64,000 nucleotides of DNA, from positions 704,001-768,000 of the forward strand of contig OZ220732.1 of NCBI GenBank assembly GCA_965116905.1, written 5' to 3'. The stretch comes from Longimicrobiales bacterium (lineage in GTDB: Bacteria > Gemmatimonadota > Gemmatimonadetes > Longimicrobiales > Gaopeijiaceae). Position 1 is the first letter of the stretch; the number at the start of each line of letters is the position of its first letter. Made by a program: the position numbers and the translations under genes. Below, in pieces: positions 1 to 10,104 of the stretch. Under the pieces are notes generated by a model that saw only the letters and a list, made by a program, of their open reading frames with translations, did no database searches and had not been told where the DNA came from.

Positions 1-1714
1 TGTCGGCGAGGTGGCGCCCCGATCCCTCGCTTCTCTCGAAGGCGACTGCCACCGAGTCGACCACCGCCGTGCCGACCAGCGAGTTGCCCTGAACCGCGTA
101 GTGCAGGCCCGTGCGCTCGGCCACCCAGTCCCCCTGCTCCTCGGCTCCGTACTGCACCGAGCCCGTCCACTGCGCCGATCGCCCGTCCGCGGCGATCACG
201 CCCACCTGCCTGCGGTCGCGCCCGTCGTCCGCGGCCACGACCTGGTCCATGGCTGCCTGCGGCGCCACCCCCCGTTCCAGGAGATCGAGCAGGTCGTTGC
301 CGTATTCCACCCGGGTGCCTCCCTGGGTGGCGACGGCGCCGACACCGGCACGGACCCACGGCACCGCGTTGCCCACGCAGGGATTTCGCGTCGTGACCGC
401 CACGCCGGACTCGCCGGTGGCCGGATCGATCGCCACGATCGAAAACGTGTTGAACAGCGGCTCGATGTCGTTGGGAACGGGCTCCAGCCGCACCACGGCA
501 GTGAGCTCCTCGATGTGCTCCAGAGCCAGGTAGATGAGCCCGTCCGGCCCCTCGCGGACGTCGCGGATCCGGCCCAGCTCGCCTTCGAGGAGCGTCTCCA
601 GGCTGACGGCGTCGCGACCCTCGTCCTGACCCTCGCCCTGAGCCTCGCCCTGACCCGCCAGCGTCACGCGCGCGAGCTGCTGGCCAACCAGGCCGCCGAC
701 GAACGCGTTGCCGCGCCACCAGGGGAAGCGGTCACCGCGGTAGATCATCATGCCCGACACGCCGATCGAAGGCGTCCAGACGAATCGGGGGGACTCCAGG
801 CCGGAGCGCTGCGTCTCGTTGGTGAACACGGTGCCGTCGTAGTTGATCCCGTGCGAGACCACCGGCCATCCGTAGTTGGCTCCGCCCACGATCAGGTTGA
901 GCTCGTCTCCGCCGCGGGGGCCATGTTCGTTCGCCCAGACGTCGCCGGTGAGCGGGTCGACCGCCAACCCCTGCATGTTCCGGTGGCCGTAGCTCCAGAT
1001 CTCGGGGAGGGCATCGCCGCGTCCGACGAACGGATTGTCGGAGGGCACGCTCCCGTCGTCGTGAAGCCGCACGATGGTCCCCATGTGATTGCTCAGGTCG
1101 AGCGCCGGGTGATCGGCGAGGGCGTTCGGCGTCACCATCCTGTCCCCCACCGCGACATACAGATAGCCGTCGCGACCAAAGGCCATGCGGCCGGCGAAAT
1201 GGTTGTTGTTGTCACCCCAGGCGTCGGCCACGAAGATCTCTTCCACCTCCGTCACCCGGTCCCCCTCCCAGCGTCCCCGAACCACCGCGGTGGCCCCCTC
1301 CGACCCGTCGTGGTTGGGCTTGCCGTAGCTCAGGTACAGCCAGCGATTCTGCGCGAAGTCGGGGTGCGGGAGCACGTCCATGAAGCCCCCCTGGCCCTCG
1401 TCGCGATAGACCGCAGGCAGGCCCGCCACCGGGTCGGCCTGAAGGACGCCGTCGCGCAGCACCCGAAGTCTCCCCGGACGTTCGACGATCAGCATATCGC
1501 CGCTGAGCAGCCACGCCATCGACCAGGGATGGTCCAGCCCGTCCGCGATGGTCGTCACGCGGAAGTCGTGGCGCGCCGACGAGTACACCGGGGTGGTGGA
1601 GTCGGGGGCGGTGGAGTCGTCGCCGGCAGCCTGCTCCGACGCTGGTGCGGGCGCGCAGGCGCAGGCCAGGGCGGTGAGCAGGAGCGCCGTGACGGGGCAG
1701 GTGGCCGTTCTCAT
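1..1714 (-). CDS. PQQ-dependent sugar (glucose/sorbosone) dehydrogenase-family protein fused to a C-terminal DUF1028 domain; 3' end runs off the window
   Basis: Manual minus-strand translation from ATG at 1714: signal/lipoprotein-like N-terminus, GLDHPWSMAW, GQGGFMDVLPHPDF, NHFAGRMAFGRDGYLYVAVGDR, GRIRDVREGPDG, then in the same frame TFSIVAIDPATGESGVAV...AVQGNSL (DUF1028-like). Absent from the ORF track, consistent with no stop inside the window. Confidence 0.8.
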   Translation of the reverse strand, partial: MRTATCPVTALLLTALACACAPAPASEQAAGDDSTAPDSTTPVYSSARHDFRVTTIADGLDHPWSMAWLLSGDMLIVERPGRLRVLRDGVLQADPVAGLPAVYRDEGQGGFMDVLPHPDFAQNRWLYLSYGKPNHDGSEGATAVVRGRWEGDRVTEVEEIFVADAWGDNNNHFAGRMAFGRDGYLYVAVGDRMVTPNALADHPALDLSNHMGTIVRLHDDGSVPSDNPFVGRGDALPEIWSYGHRNMQGLAVDPLTGDVWANEHGPRGGDELNLIVGGANYGWPVVSHGINYDGTVFTNETQRSGLESPRFVWTPSIGVSGMMIYRGDRFPWWRGNAFVGGLVGQQLARVTLAGQGEAQGEGQDEGRDAVSLETLLEGELGRIRDVREGPDGLIYLALEHIEELTAVVRLEPVPNDIEPLFNTFSIVAIDPATGESGVAVTTRNPCVGNAVPWVRAGVGAVATQGGTRVEYGNDLLDLLERGVAPQAAMDQVVAADDGRDRRQVGVIAADGRSAQWTGSVQYGAEEQGDWVAERTGLHYAVQGNSLVGTAVVDSVAVAFERSEGSGRHLAD

Positions 1715-1732
1715 CGTGGGCAAATCATAGGA

Positions 1733-2079
1733 CTACTTGAACACGCGCGCCAAGCGGATCCGACTCGATCACCACGTTGTCGACGTCGCTGAGTTCCAGC
1801 CGCCTGATCAGTTCGTTGGCCACGTCGTCGTATGTGGTGATGATGACGTGTCCGTTCAGATCCGCGCCCACCTGTGTGCTGGCTTTGCGTCCAGTAGACG
1901 CCGGCCCACCAGTCGTGTTGCTGTCCCTCGCGAGCCATCTGCACCTGAAAAGCCAACTAGAACAGGACGACGAAGGCGGTGAGCACGACCCCGAACTTCA
2001 ATAGCGTCAGGGTCTTCAGTTCGGAATTGTGCCGATGGTTACCGACGAAGTTGGCGATTGCCCCGAAGGGTCCTCTCAT
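1733..2079 (-). pseudogene. Potassium channel/TrkA-type protein remnant
   Basis: ATG at 2079 gives a hydrophobic segment with an internal TAG, then EGQQHDWWAGVYWT; another frame gives DLNGHVIITTYDDVANELIRRL (RCK-like). The pore region appears deleted. Confidence 0.55.
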
Positions 2080-2196
2080 TCCGGCACACCCGTCATCGTG
2101 ACGTGGTTTCGGTCGCGGCGACGTTGCACTGGAAGATAATTGCGTGGCAGCAAGGTGCCCGGTGCACTCTCACGGCCCCGTTTGCCGTCGACAGCT

Positions 2197-2378
2197 TCAG
2201 CCGACCCGCCGGACGGTCAGGAGCTCCGCCGACGCGAGGATCGTCCCGCTATCGAGTGCCTCCAAGAAAGCCAGTCCCGGCTTGGAGGCGTTGAACAGCA
2301 GTGCGCTGACGATAACGTTGGTGTCGAAGACATACCGCGTCACCGCTCGTCAAGAAGCGATTCCAGAATGTCCGGAGT
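2197..2378 (-). pseudogene. Truncated PIN-family toxin (48 codons) preceded by an antitoxin-like C-terminal tail
   Basis: GTG at 2343 translates to VTRYVFDTNVIVSALLFNASKPG..., a typical PIN N-terminus, and stops at 2197; the preceding frame ends TPDILESLLDER*. Confidence 0.55.
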
Positions 2379-3891
2379 CACGCCTCGCTGTCGGCGGGCA
2401 GCCAGCACACTCGGTAGAATCCGGATGAGTTGGTCTTCTCCTCCCAACGGACCCGCTGGTCTTCGAAGGCGAAGGTGCCCGGATCCCGGACCTGAGCGAA
2501 GAGCGCGGCCTCGTGTGCTTTTGCCAGCAGGTGCAGCGTCGCGTCCTCGACCGGATTGCCGTCTTCGTCAGTCACCCTCCCGGTCAGGATGCCCGTCCGC
2601 CATACTGCCCTGCCGTCAGCTGCAATCAGCGGGACGCCGGGTGGGCCGTCCGATCCACAGACATCGTCCAGGATCTCACTCATCGAGGGCGCTTCGAACG
2701 TGACCTCGACCGGACTCGTGACCTCCGGCTGCAGTGCCACTTCAATGGGCTCCGGCGCATACCGCAGCTGCTCAAGATCCGGGTGCGTGAAACGCAACTC
2801 GTAGGTCGCAACGCCCAGGTGGTCGAGTTCAAATCGACCATCCGCGTCCGTCACCGTCCGGGTACCCGATCCCTCCACGTACACAAGCGCACCGGGAAGT
2901 CCGACCCCCAGCGAATCGACGACCGTGCCCGCGACTCGGCGTCCCCTCTCGCCCTCGAATACCACACCCTCATCACCATGGACACGAAGAACCTCCCCGT
3001 GCGTCGTGGTGACGCCTTCCAGCGTGGCCGCCAGGCGGCCCGTGAGCGGGTTCTCCCTGGCGCCGGCGCTGAACATCCGGATATGCCAGGAAGTCACGAT
3101 CCAGGTCCCGTTCGGAAGGCCGTGGAAGACCACCGCGCCGCCGGGCGAGGCGTCCATCAGCCACTGCGGCACAGGGAGATTGACGTAGCGGAAGTCGACC
3201 CGCTGAAGCTCCGCCGTCGCCGCATCGAGCCACAGCGTGCCTGCGATGTCCGGCACATCGCGGTCCGGAACCGGTTCGAAGTCCAGCCCGACAAGCGTGC
3301 GACGTAAGGAGCGGGAACCAGGCTCTGTCTGTACACGCGGTCCTCGACCTCGACCCTTCGTCCCCGTTCGTCGAGCAGCCGGTTGATTCCCAGCATCTCG
3401 TACCGGTAGAGGCCCCGCTCCTGCGTCCAGGCCGCGGCCGCAAGCGCCTTGCGTGCCTCGTTCCAGACCCTGGCGACCGCCATCCCCTCTTCGGGACGCA
3501 CCTCGCAACGCGGGCCGACCGCGGCCGTGATCCCCTCGAGCGTCACCGCCTCGACGGGCGCGGATACTTCAACCGTGAACGTTTCTCCAGCAGAGATTCC
3601 GAAGAAGGCCGAGAACGTGGTCGCGTACCCGATCCGCTCCGCACGTACGCGGTACTCTCCGGGGCCGGGCGCGCGCAGCTCGAACAGGCCGGTGGACGTG
3701 TTGGTCAGGGTCCGCTCGACCGGGTTGCCGTCACGATCCATCAGGGTCATCATCGCACCGCCAATGGCAGCATCGCCCGCAGCGTCGGCGAGCCTGCCAC
3801 GGACGACCTGCGCGTGGATGACGGATGCCGCAGCGGCCTGTAGAGCGACAAAGGCGGTCAGGACGCCGGCCCGTTTTCTGGCTGCTCGCAT
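2378..3891 (-). pseudogene. Carboxypeptidase-regulatory-like domain secreted protein, frameshifted near 3300 and 3'-truncated
   Basis: ORFs 3157..3891 (signal peptide, VRGRLAD...YRVRAERIGY) and 2378..3508 (IAGTLWLD..., VAGTVVDSLG.GLPGA) are consecutive parts of one protein in different frames. Confidence 0.7.
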
Positions 3892-3897
3892 CGTCCG

Positions 3898-5331
3898 TCA
3901 ATACCTCCCCAGCCGCTCCCGGTAAGACAGCACCTCGCGTCTCAACACCGGTGCGAGCAGGTACAGTCCCAGGAGGTTCGGGATCGCGACCACGTAGATC
4001 ATGGCGTCGGAGAGATCGATCAGCGCCCCGAGATTGATGCTTGCGCCCAACACCACGAAGCCGCAGAAGAAGAGCTTGAACCCGGTCTCGACCGAGCGCC
4101 GCTGGCCGGTCAGGTAGGTGAGGGCCTTGAGGCCGTAGTAGCTCCACGAGATCATGGTCGAGAAGGCAAACATCACGGCGGCGACCGACAGCGGCACCGG
4201 TGACCAGGACAGCGTGCTCTCGAACGCCGTCTTGGTCATTTCAATGCCGGTGATGCCGGCGTCGGCGAGCGCGGGATCGTAGATCGTCGTGATGATGACC
4301 AGGGCCGTCATGGTGCAGATGACCACCGTGTCGATGAACGGCTCGAGAAGGCTGACGAAGCCCTCCGTGCAGGGCTCGTCGGTCCGCACCGCCGAGTGGG
4401 CAATGGCCGCGGAGCCGAGGCCGGCTTCGTTGGAGAAGACCGCGCGCCGGAATCCGACGATCATGACGCCGATCATTCCTCCGCCCACGCTCTCCGCCGA
4501 GAACGCGCCCTGCCAGATCTGGACGATCGCGGCCGGCAGCCGGTCGGCGTTGATGCCGATGATCGCCAGGGCCGACAGCACGTAGAGCACCGCCATGAAC
4601 GGAACCAGCCTGGAGGTGACACGGGCGATGCTCCTGATCCCGCCGACGACGACCATCGCGACGGCCACGGCCATGAAGACGCCGAGCAGCCACGCCTTGT
4701 CGCTGAAGAAGCTGTCCGCGGCTCCCGTCACCTCGATGAGGATGGCGGCGGCCTGGTTGGACTGGAACATGTTGCCGATTCCGAGACAGCCGAACACCAT
4801 CGCGGCGGCGTAGAACATCCCCAGGCCGCGGCCGACACGGGGCAGGTTCCGCAGCTCCAGGCCGCGCTGCAGGTAGTACATGGGACCGCCGCTGACCGAG
4901 TCGTCCTTGTGGGTGCGGCGGTACTTCACGGCCAGCGTGCACTCGGCGAACTTGGTGCTCATCCCGAGCAGCCCGGCGATGATCAGCCAGAGGGTGGCTC
5001 CGGGTCCGCCCAGGGAGATCGCCACGGCCACGCCCGCGATGTTTCCGATGCCGACCGTGCCCGACACGGCGGTCGCGAGCGCCTGGAAGGGCGTGACTTC
5101 GCCCGGCTGCGAAGGATCGGTGTAGCGTCCCCTGACCAGGTCCAGCGCGTGCTTGAAGCCGCGCACGTTGATGAAGCGCAGGTAGAGCGTGAAGAAGACG
5201 CCGCCGGCGATCAGCCACGCCACGATGAGCGGCACCTGGGCACCCGCGACCGGCACGGCGTAGAAGATGAAGCCGGCGACGGCGTCGGTGACCGGCTGCA
5301 TCAGCTGGTTGATCCGTTCGTCGAATCCCAT
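3898..5331 (-). CDS. Alanine/glycine:cation symporter (AGCS) family amino-acid carrier
   Basis: FQALATAVSGTVGIGNIAGVA, GGPGA, FSNEAGLGSAAIAH and EPFIDTVVICTMT motifs; multiple hydrophobic helices. Confidence 0.93.
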   Translation of the reverse strand: MGFDERINQLMQPVTDAVAGFIFYAVPVAGAQVPLIVAWLIAGGVFFTLYLRFINVRGFKHALDLVRGRYTDPSQPGEVTPFQALATAVSGTVGIGNIAGVAVAISLGGPGATLWLIIAGLLGMSTKFAECTLAVKYRRTHKDDSVSGGPMYYLQRGLELRNLPRVGRGLGMFYAAAMVFGCLGIGNMFQSNQAAAILIEVTGAADSFFSDKAWLLGVFMAVAVAMVVVGGIRSIARVTSRLVPFMAVLYVLSALAIIGINADRLPAAIVQIWQGAFSAESVGGGMIGVMIVGFRRAVFSNEAGLGSAAIAHSAVRTDEPCTEGFVSLLEPFIDTVVICTMTALVIITTIYDPALADAGITGIEMTKTAFESTLSWSPVPLSVAAVMFAFSTMISWSYYGLKALTYLTGQRRSVETGFKLFFCGFVVLGASINLGALIDLSDAMIYVVAIPNLLGLYLLAPVLRREVLSYRERLGRY

Positions 5332-5346
5332 CCCCGTTCCCCGTGC

Positions 5347-6741
5347 TCAGAGACCCCGGCAGCCGTGCTCGATGCCGGCCTTCACCGCGTCCACCAGCTC
5401 GTCGATGTCCGTCTTCGTGACGATCAGCGGCGGGGCCAGGTTGATCGTGTTGTTCAGTCCCGGGACGCTTCGCGTGGTCCTGCCCACCAGAACGCCCTCG
5501 TCGGCGGCCCTGTTTACGACCGCGGCCATCACGTCCTCGCTCACCGGAGTCTTCGAGGCCCTGTCCTGCACCAGCTCGACGCCGGCCAGCAGGCCCTTCC
5601 CCCTCACGTCGCCGACGTTCCGGTGGTCGGACAGCTCGCGCAGGCGGTCCAGCAGGTACGCCCCCATCACACGGCTGTTCTCGATCAGGTCCTCCTCTTC
5701 GATAATGCGCAGGTTCTCGAGCGCCGCCGCAAAGCCCGCCGTGCATCCGCCGTAGGTGCTGATGTCCCGGAAGTAGCCGTACCTGTCGCTCGGGTCCTCC
5801 AGAAAGGCGTCGAAGATGTCGCCGCGCGCGGCAACCGCCGAGATCGGCGCGTAGGAGCTGGCTAACCCCTTAGCCATCGTGACAATATCCGGCACGAAGT
5901 CGTAGTGCTGATACCCGAACATGGTCCCGGTCCGCCCGAAGCCGCATACGACTTCGTCGATGATCAGAACGACGCCGTACCTGTCGCAGATGTCGCGGAT
6001 GATTCCGTAGTATTCCGCGACCGGAGGGATGATGCCGCCACCCGCGGTGATTGGTTCGAGAATGACGCCGCCCACCGTGTCCGGTCCCTCGGCCTCGATG
6101 GCGTCCCCCAGCGCGTGCGCACACTCCACGTCGCAGTCCGGATAGGTCTTGCCGAACGGGCAGCGATAACACATCGCGTGGGGGATCGCCGCGAACCCGT
6201 CGGGGAACGGCCCGTACGCCTCCTTGCGCTCCTCCTGTCCGCTGGCGGCCAGGCAGCCGATGGTGGTCCCGTGATAGTCGCGGTCGCGGTAGAGAACCTT
6301 GTACTTCCCGGTTCCGCTCTGGTGGGCAATCTGGCGCACCATCTTGATCGCCTTCTCGTTGGCCTCGGAGCCGCTGTTGGCGAAGTAGAGGCGGTCGAGC
6401 TCGGGCAGCCACTGCGCCAGCGCGCTCGCGTATTGGGCCGCCGGCACGGTGCCGACGACGCCCGCGTAGTAGGGCAGGCGCCGGAGCTGCTCGTACACCG
6501 CCTTCGCGATGCTCTCGCGCCCGTAGCCGACGTTGACGCACCAGACGCCGCCCGACGTGCCGTCGAGGTACTCGTTTCCGTGGACGTCCCTTACGCGAAC
6601 GCCCTCTCCTTCCACAAAGACCTGCGGGTCCCGGGTCTCGAGGACGCTGTGCTGAAACAGATGATGCCAGAGGTGCTTCCTGTCCTTCGCGATGATGTCG
6701 CGGGCATCCTGGTCGGACAGCAGCGTGCGGGTGTCGGACAT
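5347..6741 (-). CDS. tpa: Class III PLP aminotransferase, taurine--pyruvate aminotransferase-like
   Basis: DRKHLWHHL, SGGVWCVNVGYGRESIA, NSGSEANEKA, LYRDRDYHGTT, DEVVCGFGRTG and the PLP lysine in TMAKG resemble Tpa enzymes as I recall them; substrate not proven. Confidence 0.75.
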   Translation of the reverse strand: MSDTRTLLSDQDARDIIAKDRKHLWHHLFQHSVLETRDPQVFVEGEGVRVRDVHGNEYLDGTSGGVWCVNVGYGRESIAKAVYEQLRRLPYYAGVVGTVPAAQYASALAQWLPELDRLYFANSGSEANEKAIKMVRQIAHQSGTGKYKVLYRDRDYHGTTIGCLAASGQEERKEAYGPFPDGFAAIPHAMCYRCPFGKTYPDCDVECAHALGDAIEAEGPDTVGGVILEPITAGGGIIPPVAEYYGIIRDICDRYGVVLIIDEVVCGFGRTGTMFGYQHYDFVPDIVTMAKGLASSYAPISAVAARGDIFDAFLEDPSDRYGYFRDISTYGGCTAGFAAALENLRIIEEEDLIENSRVMGAYLLDRLRELSDHRNVGDVRGKGLLAGVELVQDRASKTPVSEDVMAAVVNRAADEGVLVGRTTRSVPGLNNTINLAPPLIVTKTDIDELVDAVKAGIEHGCRGL

Positions 6742-6880
6742 GGGGTTCTGCGGGCTGGAAGAGGCTGGGAGAGGGAAGGGGCCTTGAATATAGGCAGGCC
6801 GGCGCCGGGTCCCGGAGCGCGGGGTTCGGGGGCGGCTTCTGGTGCGAGAGGTCAGGGGCCGAACCTGCCGCTGGTTACTC

Positions 6881-6941
6881 GCCGTTTCTGCCGTTGTAAT
6901 GATGCCGTTTCTGCCGTTGGCGTCACGCCATTTCTGCCGTT
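6881..6941. repeat. Three 15-bp direct repeats GCCRTTTCTGCCGTT with 23-bp period
   Basis: Copies start at 6881, 6904 and 6927 in the divergent intergenic region. Confidence 0.85.
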
Positions 6942-7019
6942 AGCCCCTTCCGGATGTCGTCTTTGACTGCTAGTATCGTTCCACATCGACCATCCGAACA
7001 AGCCTGTGCAGGTGCCCGC

Positions 7020-8270
7020 ATGACCTATCATCCACGAATCGTCGACCGCGAGTTGGCCGAGCGCCTGCAGGCCACCGGTGCGGTGGTGATCGAGGGCCCC
7101 CGAGCTTGCGGAAAGACCACTACGGCCAGGCAGATCGCGGCCAGCGAAGCGCGGCTCGACGTCGACGAGATTGCACGCCGCCTGGCCAGTCTCGAGCCCG
7201 CCCGCGTTCTGACTGGTGACGCACCGAGGCTGATCGACGAATGGCAACTGGAACCGGCGATCTGGAATCACGTGCGGAGGGCGGTCGACGACCGGCGCCT
7301 ACCGGGCCAGTTCATCCTTACCGGATCCGCGGTGCCCGCCGACGACGCGACCCGGCACACGGGAGCCGGCCGGCTGACCCGGCTTCGCATGCGCCCGCTC
7401 TCGACGTTCGAGCTGGGGCGCTCATCAGGCGACGTCTCGCTCTCGAGTCTCATGGACGGCGCGCGTGCCGCAGCCGGCAGGTCGGCGATCCCGCTCGACG
7501 ATCTTGCCGAACTGATCTGCGTCGGCGGCTGGCCGGTCAACCTGGGCCGCACCACCGAAACGGCGCTCCGCGCCAACAGAGACCACCTGGACGAGATCCG
7601 CCGCCTGGACATCGTGAACGGGGACGGCAAGCGGCGAGATCCGGTGAGGGTCGGTATGCTCCTTAGGTCGTTGGCGCGAAACGTCGCCACGCCCGCGGCA
7701 ATCGCGACCGTCGCCTCCGACACCGGCGAGGGCGTGTCCGCGATCAAGGAACACACGGCCGCCGACTACCTCAGGGCGCTGGAACGGATCATGATCGTGG
7801 AAAACCAGCCAGCCTGGCCGACGCACCTGAGATCGAGATCGGTGCTGAGAAACAAGCCAGTCCGGCACCTGGCGGATCCGTCACTCGCAACGGCCGCCGT
7901 TCGTGCTACGCCGGCCCGTCTGCTCCGCGACCTGGACTTCCTGGGGCTTCTCTTCGAGTCGATGGTCGTGCGGGATCTGCGGGTCTATGCCCAGGCGGCG
8001 GATGCCGAGGTGTTCCACTACCGCGAGAAGGGCGGACTCGAGGTCGACGCGATCGTACAGGGCAATGATGGCCGTTGGGCGGCCTTCGAAGTGAAGCTGG
8101 GTGAGCGACGGGTGGACGAAGGCGCTCGCAACCTGCTCCGGCTGGCAGAGAGGGTGGACGAGCGGCGGATGGGGAAACCGGCGGCACTTGGGGTAATCGT
8201 GAGTCGGGGTTACGGGTATACGCGAGAAGATGGGGTACAGGTGGTTCCGGTGGGGGCCTTGGGGCCGTGA
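7020..8270 (+). CDS. AAA_14 ATPase with DUF4143 and PD-(D/E)xK-like C-terminus
   Basis: Walker A GPRACGKTT, LIDEWQ, FILTGS and EVDAIV...FEVK. Confidence 0.9.
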   Translation: MTYHPRIVDRELAERLQATGAVVIEGPRACGKTTTARQIAASEARLDVDEIARRLASLEPARVLTGDAPRLIDEWQLEPAIWNHVRRAVDDRRLPGQFILTGSAVPADDATRHTGAGRLTRLRMRPLSTFELGRSSGDVSLSSLMDGARAAAGRSAIPLDDLAELICVGGWPVNLGRTTETALRANRDHLDEIRRLDIVNGDGKRRDPVRVGMLLRSLARNVATPAAIATVASDTGEGVSAIKEHTAADYLRALERIMIVENQPAWPTHLRSRSVLRNKPVRHLADPSLATAAVRATPARLLRDLDFLGLLFESMVVRDLRVYAQAADAEVFHYREKGGLEVDAIVQGNDGRWAAFEVKLGERRVDEGARNLLRLAERVDERRMGKPAALGVIVSRGYGYTREDGVQVVPVGALGP

Positions 8271-8344
8271 GCCGGATGGCATGTTTCGTGCGTCAATGCA
8301 CGGACAGCGCGGATCGATTCAATCCTCCCCAAGGAGCTTCCCGA

Positions 8345-8917
8345 ATGACACGTTTCCTTCGACCGGTGCTCATCGGAATCGCCGGGGCGAGCGTGCTGGC
8401 CACGGCCGGGTGCGCCAGCCGCGGGCGAATCCCGGAGGTCGCAACCCTGGCACCGTACAACGGCGAGTGGGTGCTCGCAGCGGTCCAAACCACCGGCCAG
8501 CGCCTCCAATTCGTGTCCCCGGAGGGCTCCGGCTTTGTCCGCGGCACAGGACAGAAGGTCTTGGCGATCATGGCGATGCGCGCGGAACGATTCGTGCTGG
8601 AGGTGAGCGATTCGCACTTCCGGGTTTCGAGCGATGAACCCGGCTTCGCCTTTGCGTTGCCTATCGACGGCACCCCGGTGGAAGTCCTTGCTGACGACGG
8701 CGAATTGGAACAATCCATAGCGCTGAGATGGGATAACGGAATGCCGGTCGTCAGGCGGACGCTGCCGGGTTCCGGATGGGTTTCCGAACGCTTTGGGTTG
8801 ACCGCAGACGGGGCGCTGATCATCACCCGTACGGCGGCACAAACAAACAACAGGGGAACGGATGTGCGAGCCTCAGGCGATATAGTAGTCGCCTACACTC
8901 GGAGCACAGGTCCGTAG
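8345..8917 (+). CDS. Hypothetical lipoprotein
   Basis: ATG at 8345 after AAGGAG; lipobox-like TAGC. Confidence 0.65.
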   Translation: MTRFLRPVLIGIAGASVLATAGCASRGRIPEVATLAPYNGEWVLAAVQTTGQRLQFVSPEGSGFVRGTGQKVLAIMAMRAERFVLEVSDSHFRVSSDEPGFAFALPIDGTPVEVLADDGELEQSIALRWDNGMPVVRRTLPGSGWVSERFGLTADGALIITRTAAQTNNRGTDVRASGDIVVAYTRSTGP

Positions 8918-8925
8918 AGGTGAGA

Positions 8926-10104
8926 ATGAAACCCTATCCTATCATCACTACCCTGCTCACCCTGATGGCCCTTGCGGGTCTGTTCTCACTGCGCATCGTC
9001 GGGCTCTACAGCCACCAGGCGCTGGCAGTCGTGCTGCTCCTCGGCCTCGTGTGGGCGATCGCGAGCCGCGGCTGGCTGGCCGGAAAACGGCGCCTGCACC
9101 TCGAACTGCTCCGCGAACCTGGCGGGCGCGACCATCGGCCCCAGCTTCTGCAGGCGATCGGGCGTGCGAGCTTCTGGGCGATGACCGGTACCGCGTGCGC
9201 GGCGGTTTTCCCACGCTCGGCCGAGATGACGCCCCTGATCGCGGGCGTGATCGGGATTGCCGTGCTGCTCGTCGCGGCCTCGTTCCTCGTCCCGCGCCGG
9301 ACCAATGCCGGGCCCACCCTCGTCATGGCGGCAAGCGCCCTGGTCCTGGCGTTCGATCTGGGTCGCGCGTTTGCGGGCGGGGGCTTCCGGGATGGCGAGG
9401 CCGACATCGTGCAGCTTGCTCCACCCTTCGAGGGCGAGTGGCTCGTCCTGCAAGGCGGTCCCAGTCCCCTGCAGAACCACCATCTGTCGGCCTACAACCA
9501 GCGGTTCGCCCTCGATCTCGTGCAGCTGGACAACGGCCGGATCTTCACCGACGAGGCGGGCAACGCGTCGATCTACAGCTGGGAGCAGCCCCTGATATCG
9601 CCCGTGGACGGTACGGTGGTCATGGCAGAGGACAGGATGGAGGATGCGGAGGGCGCGAACTTCGTGACCGATCCCGCGGACGCGGCCGGCAACGTGGTCG
9701 TCATCGAACTCGACACCGGCCACTTCGTCGTCCTTGCGCATCTCCGCCACGGTACGCTCCAGGTCGACGAAGGCGACCGGGTTCGGAAGGGCGATCCACT
9801 GGCTCTGGTCGGCAACTCCGGCAACACGACCATGGCACACCTCCATCTCCAGGTGCAGACCCACCGCGACCTCTGGGACCCCGACAACCGGTCGGTGCCG
9901 TTCGTGTTCGAGGGTGACGGCCGGGTGCTGGCGCGGAATGATCGGGTCGTGGGGGCGAGCAGTTTGCAGCGCGCATTGGCCGCCTTCGAAGACGGGGACT
10001 TCAGACGTGGCGGCAGTACCAGGGCTCGTTCATTTCGCAATCGTAGCAAACGCCGTCCGGATGCGTCCGGTGCCAGGCGATCGTCGCGCTCGCAATCAGC
10101 TTGA
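8926..10104 (+). CDS. Membrane-anchored M23-family metallopeptidase
   Basis: N-terminal TM helices; QRFALD, LAHLRHG, VGNSGNTT and HLHLQ motifs. The C-terminal tail overlaps the convergent ORF. Confidence 0.85.
   Translation: MKPYPIITTLLTLMALAGLFSLRIVGLYSHQALAVVLLLGLVWAIASRGWLAGKRRLHLELLREPGGRDHRPQLLQAIGRASFWAMTGTACAAVFPRSAEMTPLIAGVIGIAVLLVAASFLVPRRTNAGPTLVMAASALVLAFDLGRAFAGGGFRDGEADIVQLAPPFEGEWLVLQGGPSPLQNHHLSAYNQRFALDLVQLDNGRIFTDEAGNASIYSWEQPLISPVDGTVVMAEDRMEDAEGANFVTDPADAAGNVVVIELDTGHFVVLAHLRHGTLQVDEGDRVRKGDPLALVGNSGNTTMAHLHLQVQTHRDLWDPDNRSVPFVFEGDGRVLARNDRVVGASSLQRALAAFEDGDFRRGGSTRARSFRNRSKRRPDASGARRSSRSQSA

Noticed and set aside
11..1792. 593-aa plus-strand ORF
   Set aside because: Antisense shadow of the minus-strand dehydrogenase fusion; Arg/His-rich with no motifs.
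6881..6941. Possible mini-CRISPR
   Set aside because: 15-bp repeats with 8-bp spacers are too short and no cas genes are present.
4241..6966. Long overlapping ORFs 4241..5746, 4396..5865 and 5905..6966
   Set aside because: GC-rich shadow frames of the symporter and aminotransferase.
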